From contig NW_003314304.1 of assembly GCF_000143415.4 (NCBI RefSeq), positions 6,169-70,168 of the forward strand: a stretch of 64,000 nucleotides of DNA, written 5' to 3'. Origin of the DNA: Selaginella moellendorffii (Eukaryota > Plantae > Lycopodiophyta). The translations under genes were made by a program, and so were the position numbers. Below are positions 24,159 through 35,500 of the stretch, in pieces. Each line of letters starts with the position of its first letter. The first letter of the stretch is position 1. Under the pieces are notes generated by a model. It did no database searches. It was not told the DNA's origin and worked only from the letters and a program-made list of their open reading frames with translations.

Positions 24159-25911
24159 GGAGCACATAGGAGTATATTCCTAGAATATTCTGACACGCGC
24201 GAGATTGTTTTGAGTTTCCTGGAGATCCAACCGTTAGATCGCAACTAGATTTTACAGAATGGTATACAATGTCCTTTTTGATGACCCTGCAAAGAAGCAT
24301 CTCGATCGGACACCACATGAGACCACACGAGCCTTACAATGTTTTAGGGGCATTTGCCATAGATCCGACCGTTATTTTGCTCCAAGATTCTACAATTTGG
24401 TGTGCATTGACCTTTCCATCGACACTGCAAAGGGACATCACAATCAGATGCGGGATCACAAGAAACCAACTTCACTAACTCTGGTTTCACCAAGATCTAC
24501 GTAAGGAGTTATGAAATGAAAGGACCCTCTCTATTGAAATGTGTTTATGGTCCTAGGGGCATTGTGACATATCCAAGGATTTTGCATCAAGTTCTGTATT
24601 TGCATGTTTATCAAGCTACTGAATTGCTAAACCCTAAACCCTAAACCCTAAACATGTGGCAAATGCTGCGTGAAGAAAGATGCCCTTTCTGGGCAAATGC
24701 TGTAAGAGGCAGATGCCGAGCAGATGTATCTCAGGCTAGTGAAGGGGACAAACGAAATCTAGCAACCAAAGGAATGTAAGCAACCAAAGGAATGTAAGTA
24801 GGGCATGTGTTTGTAAGTTTAAAAATGCCTCAACCACTTAAATTCCCAAGTAAATAAAGCTGTTTCTATTTTTGGTACAGGTAAACTTTATAGCGTGTGG
24901 GCTCATGCAATTTTGAACCCAAAAATGCACCAAAAAATGCTCGACTAGCATTATTCTTTGAATGGCGTGTGGCCTTATATTGCCATAAATGACACAGCAT
25001 AATTATTCCTTTACACGGCAAATAATCTTGGAGCACATAGGAGTATATTCCTAGAATATTCTGACACGCGCGAGATTGTTTTGAGTTTCCTGGAGATCCA
25101 ACCGTTAGATCGCAACTAGATTTTACAGAATGGTATACAATGTCCTTCTTGATGACCCTGCAAAGAAGCATCTCGATCGGACACCACATGAGACCACACG
25201 AGCCTTACAATGTTTCAAGGGCATTTGCCATAGATCCGACCGTTATTTTGCTCCAAGATTCTACAATTTGGTGTGCATTGACCTTTCCATCGACACTGCA
25301 AAGGGACATCACAATCAGATGCGGGATCACAAGAAACCAACTTCACTAACTCTGGTTTCACCAAGATCTACATAAGGAGTTATGAAATGAAAGGACCCTC
25401 TCTATTGAAATGTGTTTATGGTCCTAGGGGCATTGTGACATATCCAAGGATTTTGCATCAAGTTCTGTATTTGCATGTTTATCAAACTACTGAATTGCTA
25501 AACCTTAAACCCTAAACCCTAAACATGTGGCAAATGCTGTGTGAAGAAAGATGCCCTTTCTGGGCAAATGCTGTAAGAGGCAGATGCCGAGCAGATGTAT
25601 CTCAGGCTAGTGAAGGGGACAAACGAAAGCTAGCAACCAAAGGAATGTAAGCAACCAAAGGAATGTAAGTAGGGCATGTGTTTGTAAGTTTAAAAATGCC
25701 TCAACCACTTAAATTCCCAAGTAAATAAAGCTGTTTCTATTTTTGGTACAGGTAAACTTTATAGCGTGTGGGCTCATGCAATTTTGAACCCAAAAATGCA
25801 CCAAAAGATGCTCGACTAGCATTATTCTTTGAATGGCATGTGGCCTTATATTGCCATAAATGGACGTACACACACAGCATAATTATTCGTTTACACAGCG
25901 AATAATCTTGG
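24159..25911. repeat. Near-identical 871-bp tandem duplication in the transposon's intergenic region; each unit contains a (CCCTAAA)n telomere-like tract
   Basis: Units 24159-25029 and 25030-25911. ORF-track duplicates are offset by exactly 871. aaaccctaaaccctaaaccctaaa at ~24629, with a variant at ~25501. Confidence 0.93.
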
Positions 25912-26283
25912 CGCGGATCGCTGACATGGCATGGCAAAGTTCGAATCACTGACATGGCACAGCTGGATCAAGGCAAGGACATGATGTGACAAAGTTCAAC
26001 CTCCGACAGCAAAGTCTAGAAGCTACTCAGTTTGAAATTTGTCAGAGGAATCATAAGATCTGGTTTGTCAGAGGATTTGATGTGACGTTCAAGCGTGTGT
26101 TATTTTTGAATTCTCGAACTCATTCCTAGGTCTATCATTTTTGTGCGCCGTGTTCTTGGTTCCGCTGAGCGCAGTGAGCGCTGCTTGTGTAAGCGGCGTT
26201 GTGAGCTGTGGTTTATGCGTCTACAAGCGTTGCGGCATTGCGAGCGCCATTGCGAGCGGCAGTTTATGCGAGTGGCAGTTTGT

Positions 26284-26352
26284 GCGAGCGGCGCTACGAG
26301 CAGTTGCGGTGTTGCGAGCGGCGCTACGAGTAGTTGCGGTGTTGCGAGCGGC
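26284..26352. repeat. 30-bp CpG-rich tandem repeat (GCGAGCGGCGCTACGAGYAGTTGCGGTGTT x2+) upstream of the transposase
   Basis: Directly visible. Confidence 0.8.
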
Positions 26353-26709
26353 ACTGTCTTTGGTGTGGCTACCGCTTCCTCTTGATATTCGGCACTTGTG
26401 CTTCCTGGTATGTTCACCATGGAATGGTTTAGGACCACATTTAGAAATGGCATGAGGCCACATGCCATCTTGGGCCCTTGCAATTTCATGGCTAGCGTAT
26501 TGTCATGTATGTTTTTACTTGCCTGCAGCTGTGTGTATATCAAGATGGCATGAGGCCTCATGCCAATTTTGTGAATGCGAAATTTCACGTGGGTGTCAAT
26601 AGCATGTTTGAATAATGGCATGTGGCCTCATGCTATTTGGTATGTTATGATTTAGGCCATTCTCCAATCATTTTTTGTATGGTCTTAACTTCTTTTCTGC
26701 ACTTTCAGA

Positions 26710-29700
26710 ATGGCCTTCAGGGTTGGGGAAAAGGTTTACATTTTGAATGGTGGGAAGAGAGTTGCAAAAAGGACCCTTGTGTCTATGGATCGGAACTTTG
26801 TTATACACTGTCAAAGGCTTGGGGAAGGCAATGCTGCTGTATCAGTAGAGACTGTCTTCGATGGGAATGTGGTCGCTATTGAACGAGGAGAGATGGTCGT
26901 CGGGGTAAATGTTGTTGTTGCCTTGAAAAATTTGCAGAAGAAAGCAGATGTTGGGGACAGCGCAAGTGCGACGCATGTTCCCTCCGTGGATCTTAAGAAT
27001 CGTGCTACATGGATTCAGGCAAAGGTGTTTCTAAACAACCCCGAGGGGGAGGTGGTAGCTGAGGGCTTAGCCACAGTTGTCGATCCAAGAGATGCGGTTG
27101 CTAATCAAGAATTGGGCTGGGATGATATTGGAGTTGCAATTTTAGAGGTTGTTGACATAGAAGAAAACAGTCTGACTATTGGAAGCATTGTGCGGTGGAA
27201 ATTGAGGCATTTAGTGTTTGAGAATGTGAAGGATTCACAATCAAACACCACTACAACTGATGACAGAACATCTCTTCATGGGAAAAGAAAGTACACCTTC
27301 CTACAGCGCAGCCAAAGGGATCTGAGCAACGAACCGAAAAGGCAGAAAATGGCGATGGAGGTTCGAATGGTCTCGACAGTTGCTTGTTGCAAGAGGAGGT
27401 GCTGTCAACATGCTGATTGGGATGCTATTGAAGAGGAGAGAGCAAGATACAAGACATTGTCCTGGAAGGCAGCTCGCAATTTTGTGTATGAGGCATTACG
27501 GTCATCTGTTGATGCTTCAGAACATCAGGTGGGGGGCATGGTCTTCCAGAGGGGTTTGGTCTGCATGAAGGCATGGAGAATCATTTATGGAGTCCCTCGA
27601 ACCACATTCTACAGAATCAAAACTGAGTTTGAGGAACAAAGGGTTCAACAGGCAGTCCATGGGAACGACGGTACGCACAAAACCAGGGGTCATGTTGTAT
27701 ATGGAGAGGCAATCTTCAAGAGGTTTGTCGAGACATGTAGCGAGCAGCAACCACATAAAACCCGCCTCTTGGAAGATGGAACACGAGACACCCAACGAGT
27801 TCTGCCTTCCATGTATACCAAGGGGGCCATATTGGAAGATGTGAATCGGGAACTCCAGAGTAATGGCTACAGGAAGCTGAGCCAATCTAGATTTAGTAGA
27901 TTGTGGAGCAACAGGTTTAGGGATGTGAGTATAGGAAAGTACTCCAGCTTTTCAAAGTGTGACGAGTGCACTGCTATCAAAATGGCTTTGTCGAAGAATT
28001 CTTGCAGCGCTCAAGAGCGAGAGACGTTGGTTAGAAGGCGGCTCGACCACAACATCGAGCAGAGAAGCTGCAGGACTGCATATTATCATAACAGGATTCT
28101 CTCCATGGAGAGACCTGACTCTTACCTCTGCATCATCCACGACAAAATGGACCAGAAAAAGACGTGCTTACCTCGACTCAATCCTGCCCCCAAGGCAATC
28201 TCTTCATCCATGCAGCTGCCTGTGTCTCTGTTTGGCATAATCGCTCATGGGCATGGTGCCCAGAACTATGGGAACTTCTTTGTACCTCTATGGGGTGGCG
28301 GGGGTGCAAACATGATGATTGCGTCCCTAGCAAAACACTTAAGGTCTCTGCAAAGTGCGCAAACTGAGCTGAACGGCCAACCCTTGCATAAGGCCCTTGT
28401 CAATCGAACCCCATACAGGGTTCAGCTGGAGGAGGAGCAAAGGCTTGCAGTATCGCGTGGGGCCCCATGCCATCCCAGTGAATATGTTGGCCGTCAGATT
28501 GTAGGGTTATCACGTGAGGCCTCATGCCATTCCGATGAGGCTGGTCGCCCGGTGAATGCACAGCCTCATCCAAACGAAGCAGAATCTCAAGGAAGTTCTT
28601 GCGGCCGATGTGGCCTTCCACCCCATCTTCTGCTCCAAACAGACAATGCTGGCAGTGAGAACAAAAACATGTACGTCTTCGCGTACTTGGCGATGCTTGT
28701 TGCCAAAGGCATATTTGAAATGGTTACACTTGGCTTTCTCATGGTTGGGCACACTCATGAAGACGTCGATGCCATGTTCAGTCACCTGGCAGAGTCCCTC
28801 CGGCGATCCAATGTCCTCACCCTCCCACAACTCTACGATGAATTCCAAAATTGCATCAAAGGCACTGTTGAAGCTGCACTTGTGACAGAGGTTCCAGACT
28901 TTAAGGGGTTTGTAAGAGGCTACATCAGGGACGGATCCGAAACGCTGATTGGCCACTCCAAGCCTCTTCAGTTTCATTTCAGCATGCGTGACGGTGCTCC
29001 AGTGATGAGGTACAAGATGAGAGAATGGGACACAGTGTGGCTGCCAGTGGACGGCATTGAACTCTTCAAGAGAGATCCCATAACTGGGGAACCTATGATT
29101 CCTCAGGGTTCCCCACGGCCGATGCACCCGGATGGACTCAAAGACCAGGAAAGTATAGTGGCCGGGATTAGACAGCATATTGCCTTCTGGAAGAGGGGGT
29201 TGGTGTTTGGTGGAGAATCCTATTTTAAGAGGTGCAAGCCTTTGCTCGAATACTGGGAGAAGATTATATCTGCTATCCAAAATGGGCCGGTTGTATATGA
29301 AGAATTGGAAGAGTCCTTTTGGCCAGAACCCAGAGCACCAGATACTAGCGGAACAATGTCCTCTGGAAATGCAGTGACAGATAACGATGTTGAGGATCAC
29401 TATTGTGGGCCGAGGAACAAGAAGCCGGATTCAGCATTCAATCCAGTACAAGTCTGCAAAGGAATGGTCGTGCTTGTCAGACCCAGTAATAAAAAACAAA
29501 TGATATGGGTGGGGCGCTGCATCACTGATGCAGAGGAGGACGCGGAAACTAACTCCTTCAATGTAACTGTGGAGTGGTTCAAGCCAAGTTCCGGATATAC
29601 GAAGGATTGCCTAGAAAAGAGATGGGTGCTGAATCCAAGGGATCCCAGCATGAGCATATCGGTGGATAATGTTGTGCATGGTTGGATGCGGAAGCAGAGT

Positions 29701-29775
29701 GCCACCATCACCTTGCCAGACCATGCAAGAGATGCAGCAAGAGCATTCATAACCCGGGTTCAAGGTGAGATTTAA
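26710..29775 (+). CDS. Intact 1021-aa DDD/E transposase, Sola-like, with Cys/His-rich regions and SH3-fold-like terminal domains
   Basis: CCKRRCC; KCDEC; IIHDKMDQKKT (first D); LLLQTDNAGSENKN (second D); FLMVGHTHEDVDAMFS (third acidic residue). Uninterrupted ORF inside the TIRs. Confidence 0.85.
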   Translation: MAFRVGEKVYILNGGKRVAKRTLVSMDRNFVIHCQRLGEGNAAVSVETVFDGNVVAIERGEMVVGVNVVVALKNLQKKADVGDSASATHVPSVDLKNRATWIQAKVFLNNPEGEVVAEGLATVVDPRDAVANQELGWDDIGVAILEVVDIEENSLTIGSIVRWKLRHLVFENVKDSQSNTTTTDDRTSLHGKRKYTFLQRSQRDLSNEPKRQKMAMEVRMVSTVACCKRRCCQHADWDAIEEERARYKTLSWKAARNFVYEALRSSVDASEHQVGGMVFQRGLVCMKAWRIIYGVPRTTFYRIKTEFEEQRVQQAVHGNDGTHKTRGHVVYGEAIFKRFVETCSEQQPHKTRLLEDGTRDTQRVLPSMYTKGAILEDVNRELQSNGYRKLSQSRFSRLWSNRFRDVSIGKYSSFSKCDECTAIKMALSKNSCSAQERETLVRRRLDHNIEQRSCRTAYYHNRILSMERPDSYLCIIHDKMDQKKTCLPRLNPAPKAISSSMQLPVSLFGIIAHGHGAQNYGNFFVPLWGGGGANMMIASLAKHLRSLQSAQTELNGQPLHKALVNRTPYRVQLEEEQRLAVSRGAPCHPSEYVGRQIVGLSREASCHSDEAGRPVNAQPHPNEAESQGSSCGRCGLPPHLLLQTDNAGSENKNMYVFAYLAMLVAKGIFEMVTLGFLMVGHTHEDVDAMFSHLAESLRRSNVLTLPQLYDEFQNCIKGTVEAALVTEVPDFKGFVRGYIRDGSETLIGHSKPLQFHFSMRDGAPVMRYKMREWDTVWLPVDGIELFKRDPITGEPMIPQGSPRPMHPDGLKDQESIVAGIRQHIAFWKRGLVFGGESYFKRCKPLLEYWEKIISAIQNGPVVYEELEESFWPEPRAPDTSGTMSSGNAVTDNDVEDHYCGPRNKKPDSAFNPVQVCKGMVVLVRPSNKKQMIWVGRCITDAEEDAETNSFNVTVEWFKPSSGYTKDCLEKRWVLNPRDPSMSISVDNVVHGWMRKQSATITLPDHARDAARAFITRVQGEI

Positions 29776-30464
29776 TATTCCTTTACTAAGTTTCTAATGT
29801 ATTTTATTTCAAGGTGAACAATCCGAATCTGAATCAGAGGAGGCGTGATGGCATGTGGCCCTTTGCACTAGTATATCTTAATACTGGTCTGAGAAATAGA
29901 ATGGCATGTGCCCTCAGGCCTTTTACTAAATCACCTTTGAAAGAAATGCAAGCCTCTATGTCGTAAAAAAAAGGTACTAGAGAAATTCCTTAATAATATG
30001 AATGTTATTTAGTTTCATGAAAATACACTAAGGGTCAAATGAGTTAAATGACTTCTCCAGACTAGCAATGCCTCTTGCTACACCTTCACAATTAGATTCG
30101 TTAGAAAAAGATAACATTGAATAATATCTAAATGTTCTCACCATTAAGTTATATGTCTGGCTAATAGGAATGACGTTCATCTTGGAAAGCTCACCACACG
30201 CTCAATGAACAAACAAATAGTGTGTGTGCGCATGCCATCGCTCTTCTTTAGCTTCAGATTCGTCTTGTTCACCTTGACAATGAGATTTATTATACAACCA
30301 GATGGACTCAGTCTGGACACAAAGTCACTGCGCTAGTCACCATGCCCCAGATATGTCTAGCCCCTGGACAAAAAACATATAATTTCACGTCATTTTCAAA
30401 TACTTGAAAATTTGTACCTAGTCCCATTTTACTGAATAAATCCCACTTTAACGAAATAGAGCTT

Positions 30465-31531
30465 TACTTGACTCGTTGGGTGGAAGTTGGTGCTCTTGCT
30501 AGTGCCTCTGCAACTGCTGTTGGATACTTCCTCCTCAATCAAGTGGTGTTCCAGCATTCTTGTCCAGAACGGATTCTTTCGGATAATGGTCCTGCATTTA
30601 TGGCTGAGGTATTTCATGTTTTGACATCTCGGTTGGGGATACGCCACACTTTTACGAGTGCTTATCATCCACAATCAGACGGTCTGGTGGAACGGCTCGT
30701 TCGGACATTCAAAGGGATGATTGCGAAGTATGTGAACTTTCAACATTCGGATTGGGATGGTTATTTGCCGTCTCTTCGGTATGCTTATGTCACAGGGGTG
30801 CAGAGTTCTGTTGGTGCTTCACCATATAAACTTCTATATGGTCATGATCCAATATTACCAACAGAGCTAGGTTTACCTTCGCGATTGCCACGAGCTCCTG
30901 ATGCTAGGTCATGGGATCAATATTTGACAAGCATTCTTCCACTTGTCCGAGCAGAGTCTGCTGAACACTTAGGCCGCGTACAAGTGGGACAACAACGGCG
31001 CTACAATTCCCATCATCGTCCACCAGTGGAGTACAAAGTGGATGATTTGGTGTTAGTCCATTTTCCCCATCTTACGGTACGTGGTTTATCTAAGGGGCTC
31101 CTTGCGCAGTGGAAAGGACCGTATCGGGTGTTGCGGCAAGTTGGACCACAAGTTTATGAGGTTCGGCATGACGTTCAGCAGGCCGATCCTCCGGAGATTG
31201 TGCATGTGCAGCGGTTAAAACGCTTCATACAGAGGGATCAGGAGCAGTTAATACCGTTTACAGATCCACCGATGCCTCCTCCTGACGTTCCTCCAGATCC
31301 CAGCCCATCTACAAGAGAACCCTGACGGCCTTCCATTATTCCGAGAGGAGGGGATGATGTGAGGGCCAAGTGTACGGCTACGATGCCGTATACTAATATT
31401 AGCGTAGTGGATTTTGGTAGCCGTCGGATTGGTTTCAATCCGGACCACTCGCTCTTGTATATAAGCTAGGGTTTTTAGGTTAATTGATATGCACATTTCT
31501 GTATTCCCTTTCCATATTCCATGCACTCACA
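30465..31531 (+). mobile_element. 3' fragment of a non-chromodomain Ty3/gypsy element: integrase C-terminal part, PPT and 174-bp 3' LTR (31358-31531)
   Basis: ILSDNGPAF, SAYHPQSDGLVER, WKGPYRV; PPT GAGAGGAGGGGA; LTR TGTGAG...CTCACA. 5'-truncated exactly at the right TIR of the large transposon. Confidence 0.9.
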
Positions 31532-32539
31532 ATATGTATTATTTATTATTAATACCCTTAAAAATATTTTCACAAATATTTTTTAAATTAAATTTTCTGA
31601 TGAGTTAAGCTAATAAGTTTATAGTATTATACTACTCAAGCATAGGACAACTCAGTTTTTTGAATTTCACAAATAGAGAAATAAGTTTACTTTTTATATT
31701 TAATTAAGGCTACTTTATAAAAAAATATGAGGCTAGACACAAATAATTTGCTATGCATTGCATGTAGCAGCATGTAATGAAGTAATAGAAATGCTTTGAA
31801 TTTTAACATTTTTGAAACATACACACATCTAGATTTAATTAGATGAGTTTTTATAATGTTTTTATAATTTTGGTGGTAGCCTCAAAAACATCTTGAAGTC
31901 CTTGCAATAGTCATATATCATCTAATTGTCTTTAACCTGGTATCTTCATCCTTAACCAAAAACATTGATCTTTTCCACCACTGTCGCACGGATATGTACG
32001 GGCGACAAGTGTCAATATGAACAGGGTTCTAATCCGGTGGTGGGAATTCAAATTTCTAGACTTTTTACATTTCTCACTTTTTGCCTTAGGGTAACGGGCC
32101 CAATGCTCACTCTGGTCCTTAATTCCGGCCACCTCTGGCCCAAACCATGTCTATGTGATAAATGGAAAATTACATGGTAATTTTTTGGCAGGTTCTATTG
32201 CATTCTAGGTTTATATATATAAATTATAAGTGTATTTACTGATCAAATGATAAGTGGAATAATTTATTTGAATTATAAATTCAACCTTTTCAAAAAAAGA
32301 AACATTAAGAAAACACAACTATTCAAACTCATATAAAAGTTTGAAAACAATTATTATAATTAGATAATAGTGATAAAATAAATTAAAACTTTATAAACAC
32401 AATAATTTCATCTTTGTTATTTATATTGAATTGGAGTTCATATTATATTGCAGTAATGTAAGTGTTGCACAATATTTTTTCATTTCTAAAATATATCTAT
32501 ATTTACTTATTATTTGGAAATATATATAATAATTTACTT

Positions 32540-35500
32540 CGTAGGAATCCAGGAGTTCTTTCTCAAGAATCCTAGGGATGATGTGTACCATTGGTTCGAT
32601 CACTTCACGATGATTGCCACATATCATTCTTGGGATGATGCTCGATATTTGCATGAGTTTCCCACGTGTCTCCAAGGGATGGTGTTGCAGTGGTACAATA
32701 ATTTGAGAGTAGCCAACTCGTGGGGATTGGAGTGTTCTCCCAGATGTCTTCAAACACGCCTTTGGACATGCCGATGACTATGATGATGCCTTTCAACAAT
32801 TGCATCGTTTTCACCAAGGGCCATCTGAGTCGGTGATGCAATTTGGCATTTGTTTCCGAAGTCTTTTGCTTCGTGCGGAGCCAAATATGTCGGAGCTGAT
32901 CAAACTAGGAATGTTGTGGCCAACACTTTGTCAAAACTTTGTCCTACTTGTGCATGCACTTGCTCCTACCACCCTTGATGATGCTCTTTGCTTGGCACAA
33001 CGTTATGAGACTTCGCCTCTTCCACTTCTCGCTGCACATTCTTCAGTTCCACTTTCTATGGGTGATGGTCTTGTTCCAATGGAGGTTGATGCTACTGCTG
33101 CTCAAGTCCAAGACAAGGGCGAGGATGTGGTCATGGTCGTGATGTTCGCTGCTGAGCATGTGATGAAGTTGGTCATACTTATCGCGTTGTTGGCGTTTTC
33201 CGGATTGGTGACCTCCATTTCCTAGGTGGAAACCTTGGCGTCAGCAACATCCCGTTGGTGCTGCTGCAGTGGAAGGTTTGGACACCAAGATGCATCCGGG
33301 AAACAAGGAGTCGCACGAGTAATGAAGGGACCTTGCACGAATAAGTCAGTGACCCCTCCATCTTTCTTTCGGGAATATCATCAAGGGGTTCACTCGGCAC
33401 TGGTTCATCCATTATTTACTTTCCAAGCTCGTTTTTATAACAAAAGGTCTCCTATTATTCTCTCCGTGTTGGTTGATACAGGTTTGAGTTTATCTTCTAT
33501 TGCTTGACCTATTGCCACTTGTGCAGTGGAACTAGTTTTCATTCTTTATGGCAATAGCTGTACATATGCATGTGCACAAGATGAGGTGGACCTAGTTGTG
33601 CGTGTGGGCGATCTTGAGCTTGAGTTGCAGTCATTGCGGGTGGTGCCGAGTCAAGCTTTTGACCTCATTCTTAGTATAGATTGGTTTCAGCACAGTCATG
33701 CCAAGTGTGACTTTGAGGCTTCTCCCCCTTGTCTTATACTTTCTTATCTTTCATCTTGTAAGCTCCTGAGTTTGGACTTCCTGGGAGGTCACCCAGCCCA
33801 GTACTATTCAAACCCAAGGACGCTTAACCCCAAGTATCCCAAGACCCTTAATCGATTGGAAAAAGGGGGTGCACTCTTATTCATGGGCCCTTTTCCTTTA
33901 TATTTGAACCCCATTGACCATCTCTCGAGTCGTTCTCTTTGGTTGCTTACACATCTATTCCTCTCACTTCCGTACCTCTTTGTCCCTCTATTTCTACCTT
34001 TGCTTCCATTAGTTTTGTTCCCCCACTATTTCCTCCTATGTTTCCATCTTGTTTTACTCTTTTCTTTTCTGATCCCTCTGACAACCTTTCTATTGCAGCG
34101 GTTGACTAGCTCATGAAGGAGTATTTTGATTTCTTTGAGTTTGACTTATCGTTTGGGGCCAAAATTGCCACACGTCATCCGATTCTAACCGGGGATGCTC
34201 GTCCAATCAAGGTTCTTGTTCGTCGTCGATCACCCAAGAAGATCAAAATTTTACATGCAAACGTCAAGGAGATGTTGGAAAACGGTGTTATTCGGAAGTC
34301 ACGGAGTCTTTGGGCATGTGAACCTCATCTTGTGACTAAGCCTGATGGGAGTATTCATTTCTGCATTGACTATCGTCCGTTAAACGAAGTGACGATCCCA
34401 AATGTGTACCCTCTTCCTCACACTACTGATCTCTTGAATCATTTGGGGCAAAGTCATTGGTTCACCAAGTTAGATCTTGCTTCTAGGTACTGGCAAGTAT
34501 CGATGGCCGAAGTAGATATTCCTAAGACTGTTTTTTGTACACCATTTGGTTTGTACAAGTTCTTGGTGATGCCGTTTGGTTTGAACAATGCTCTAGCAAC
34601 TTTCCAGTGGATGATGGACAAGGTTCTTTGCGATATACTGGAGGTGACTGTTAACTTCATTGATGATGTCTTGATCCACTCAAAGGGGACATAAAAGGAG
34701 CACTTTCGTGATGTTTGTAAAGTGTTGGATCTACTATGTGACGTTGGTTTAAAGTTGAAGCAGTCAAAGTGCGTATTTGGGTCCAAGGACAACTTATCTT
34801 GGGTACCGTATTTCGTATGAGGGTTTGCAAGTTAATCCTGAAAAACTTGTGGTTGTTCTAAAGTTCCCTACTCTAAAGTGTGTGAATGATGTGTAGTGCT
34901 TCTTGGGCAAGGTGTAGTATCTTGATTATTTTGTGGATCATCTTTCTAATTGCACTACACCATTGTGAGCGTTGCTAAAGTCATCAACGTCATTTTTCAT
35001 TTAGTCTCCGGACTATGAGCGGGCATTCATGGATCTCAAAAAGCTATTGATGACTCCTTTGGTTTTGGCATATCCTGACTACACTCGACCTTTTATTTTG
35101 CGCGTGGATGCTTATGACATTGGCTTTGGAGGTGTGTTGATGCAAGAAAGCTCGAGTGTGCCTGGTCAGCACCATCCCATTGCGTATATAAGCCATACAT
35201 TACAACTAGCGGAGATAAACTACTCCAACATAGAGAAGGAGTGTTTAGCAGCAGTCTGGGAAACTTCATGCATATCTACATGGTTCTCGGATGTTACTTG
35301 AAGGTGACCATGTTGCTGTTACTTCATTATTGAAGCGGAAGATCCTAATTGGTTGTACTGCTCGATGGGCTTTAAAGCTTCAGATATATGATTTTGATAT
35401 TGTTCATCACCCAGGGAGTTCTATGACTGATACTAATGTCCTTTCTCGAGCTCTTTTTCCTTCTCCACTCTCTTCTCATGTTTTTTATGAGCCTATTATT

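Larger units (their letters stand above)
18769..29922. repeat. Dispersed 22-bp palindromic motif ATGGCRTGWGGCCWCAYGCCAT (~20 copies) confined to the large transposon
   Basis: Good copies start at 18769, 18844, 20076, 20267, 20408, 21906, 23183, 23243, 23320, 24132, 26447, 26545, 26615, 28452 and 28509. Degenerate copies lie near 17692, 24053, 24890, 24962, 25761, 25833, 29848 and 29901. Confidence 0.9.
17307..30463 (+). mobile_element. Large (~13.2 kb) TIR DNA transposon with a Sola-like transposase and a divergently transcribed ParB-like cargo gene
   Basis: Perfect 24-bp inverted repeat AAGCTCTATTTCGTTAAAGTGGGA (17306-17329) / TCCCACTTTAACGAAATAGAGCTT (30441-30464). TTA flanks both ends if the termini are 17307 and 30463. 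The right end abuts a truncated gypsy integrase. Contains transposase 26710-29775. Confidence 0.85.

Noticed and set aside
24629-24652. Telomere or chromosome-end signature
   Set aside because: Only ~3 CCCTAAA units, internal to a transposon repeat; at most a telo-box.
18769-29922. Palindromic repeats as a CRISPR array
   Set aside because: Spacing is irregular (57 bp to >1.8 kb), there are no uniform spacers or cas genes, and the context is eukaryotic.
33774-33829. 5S rRNA gene (also 725-780)
   Set aside because: Only the internal ~55 nt resembles 5S, and it lies inside an LTR with a TSD; not a full 120-nt gene.
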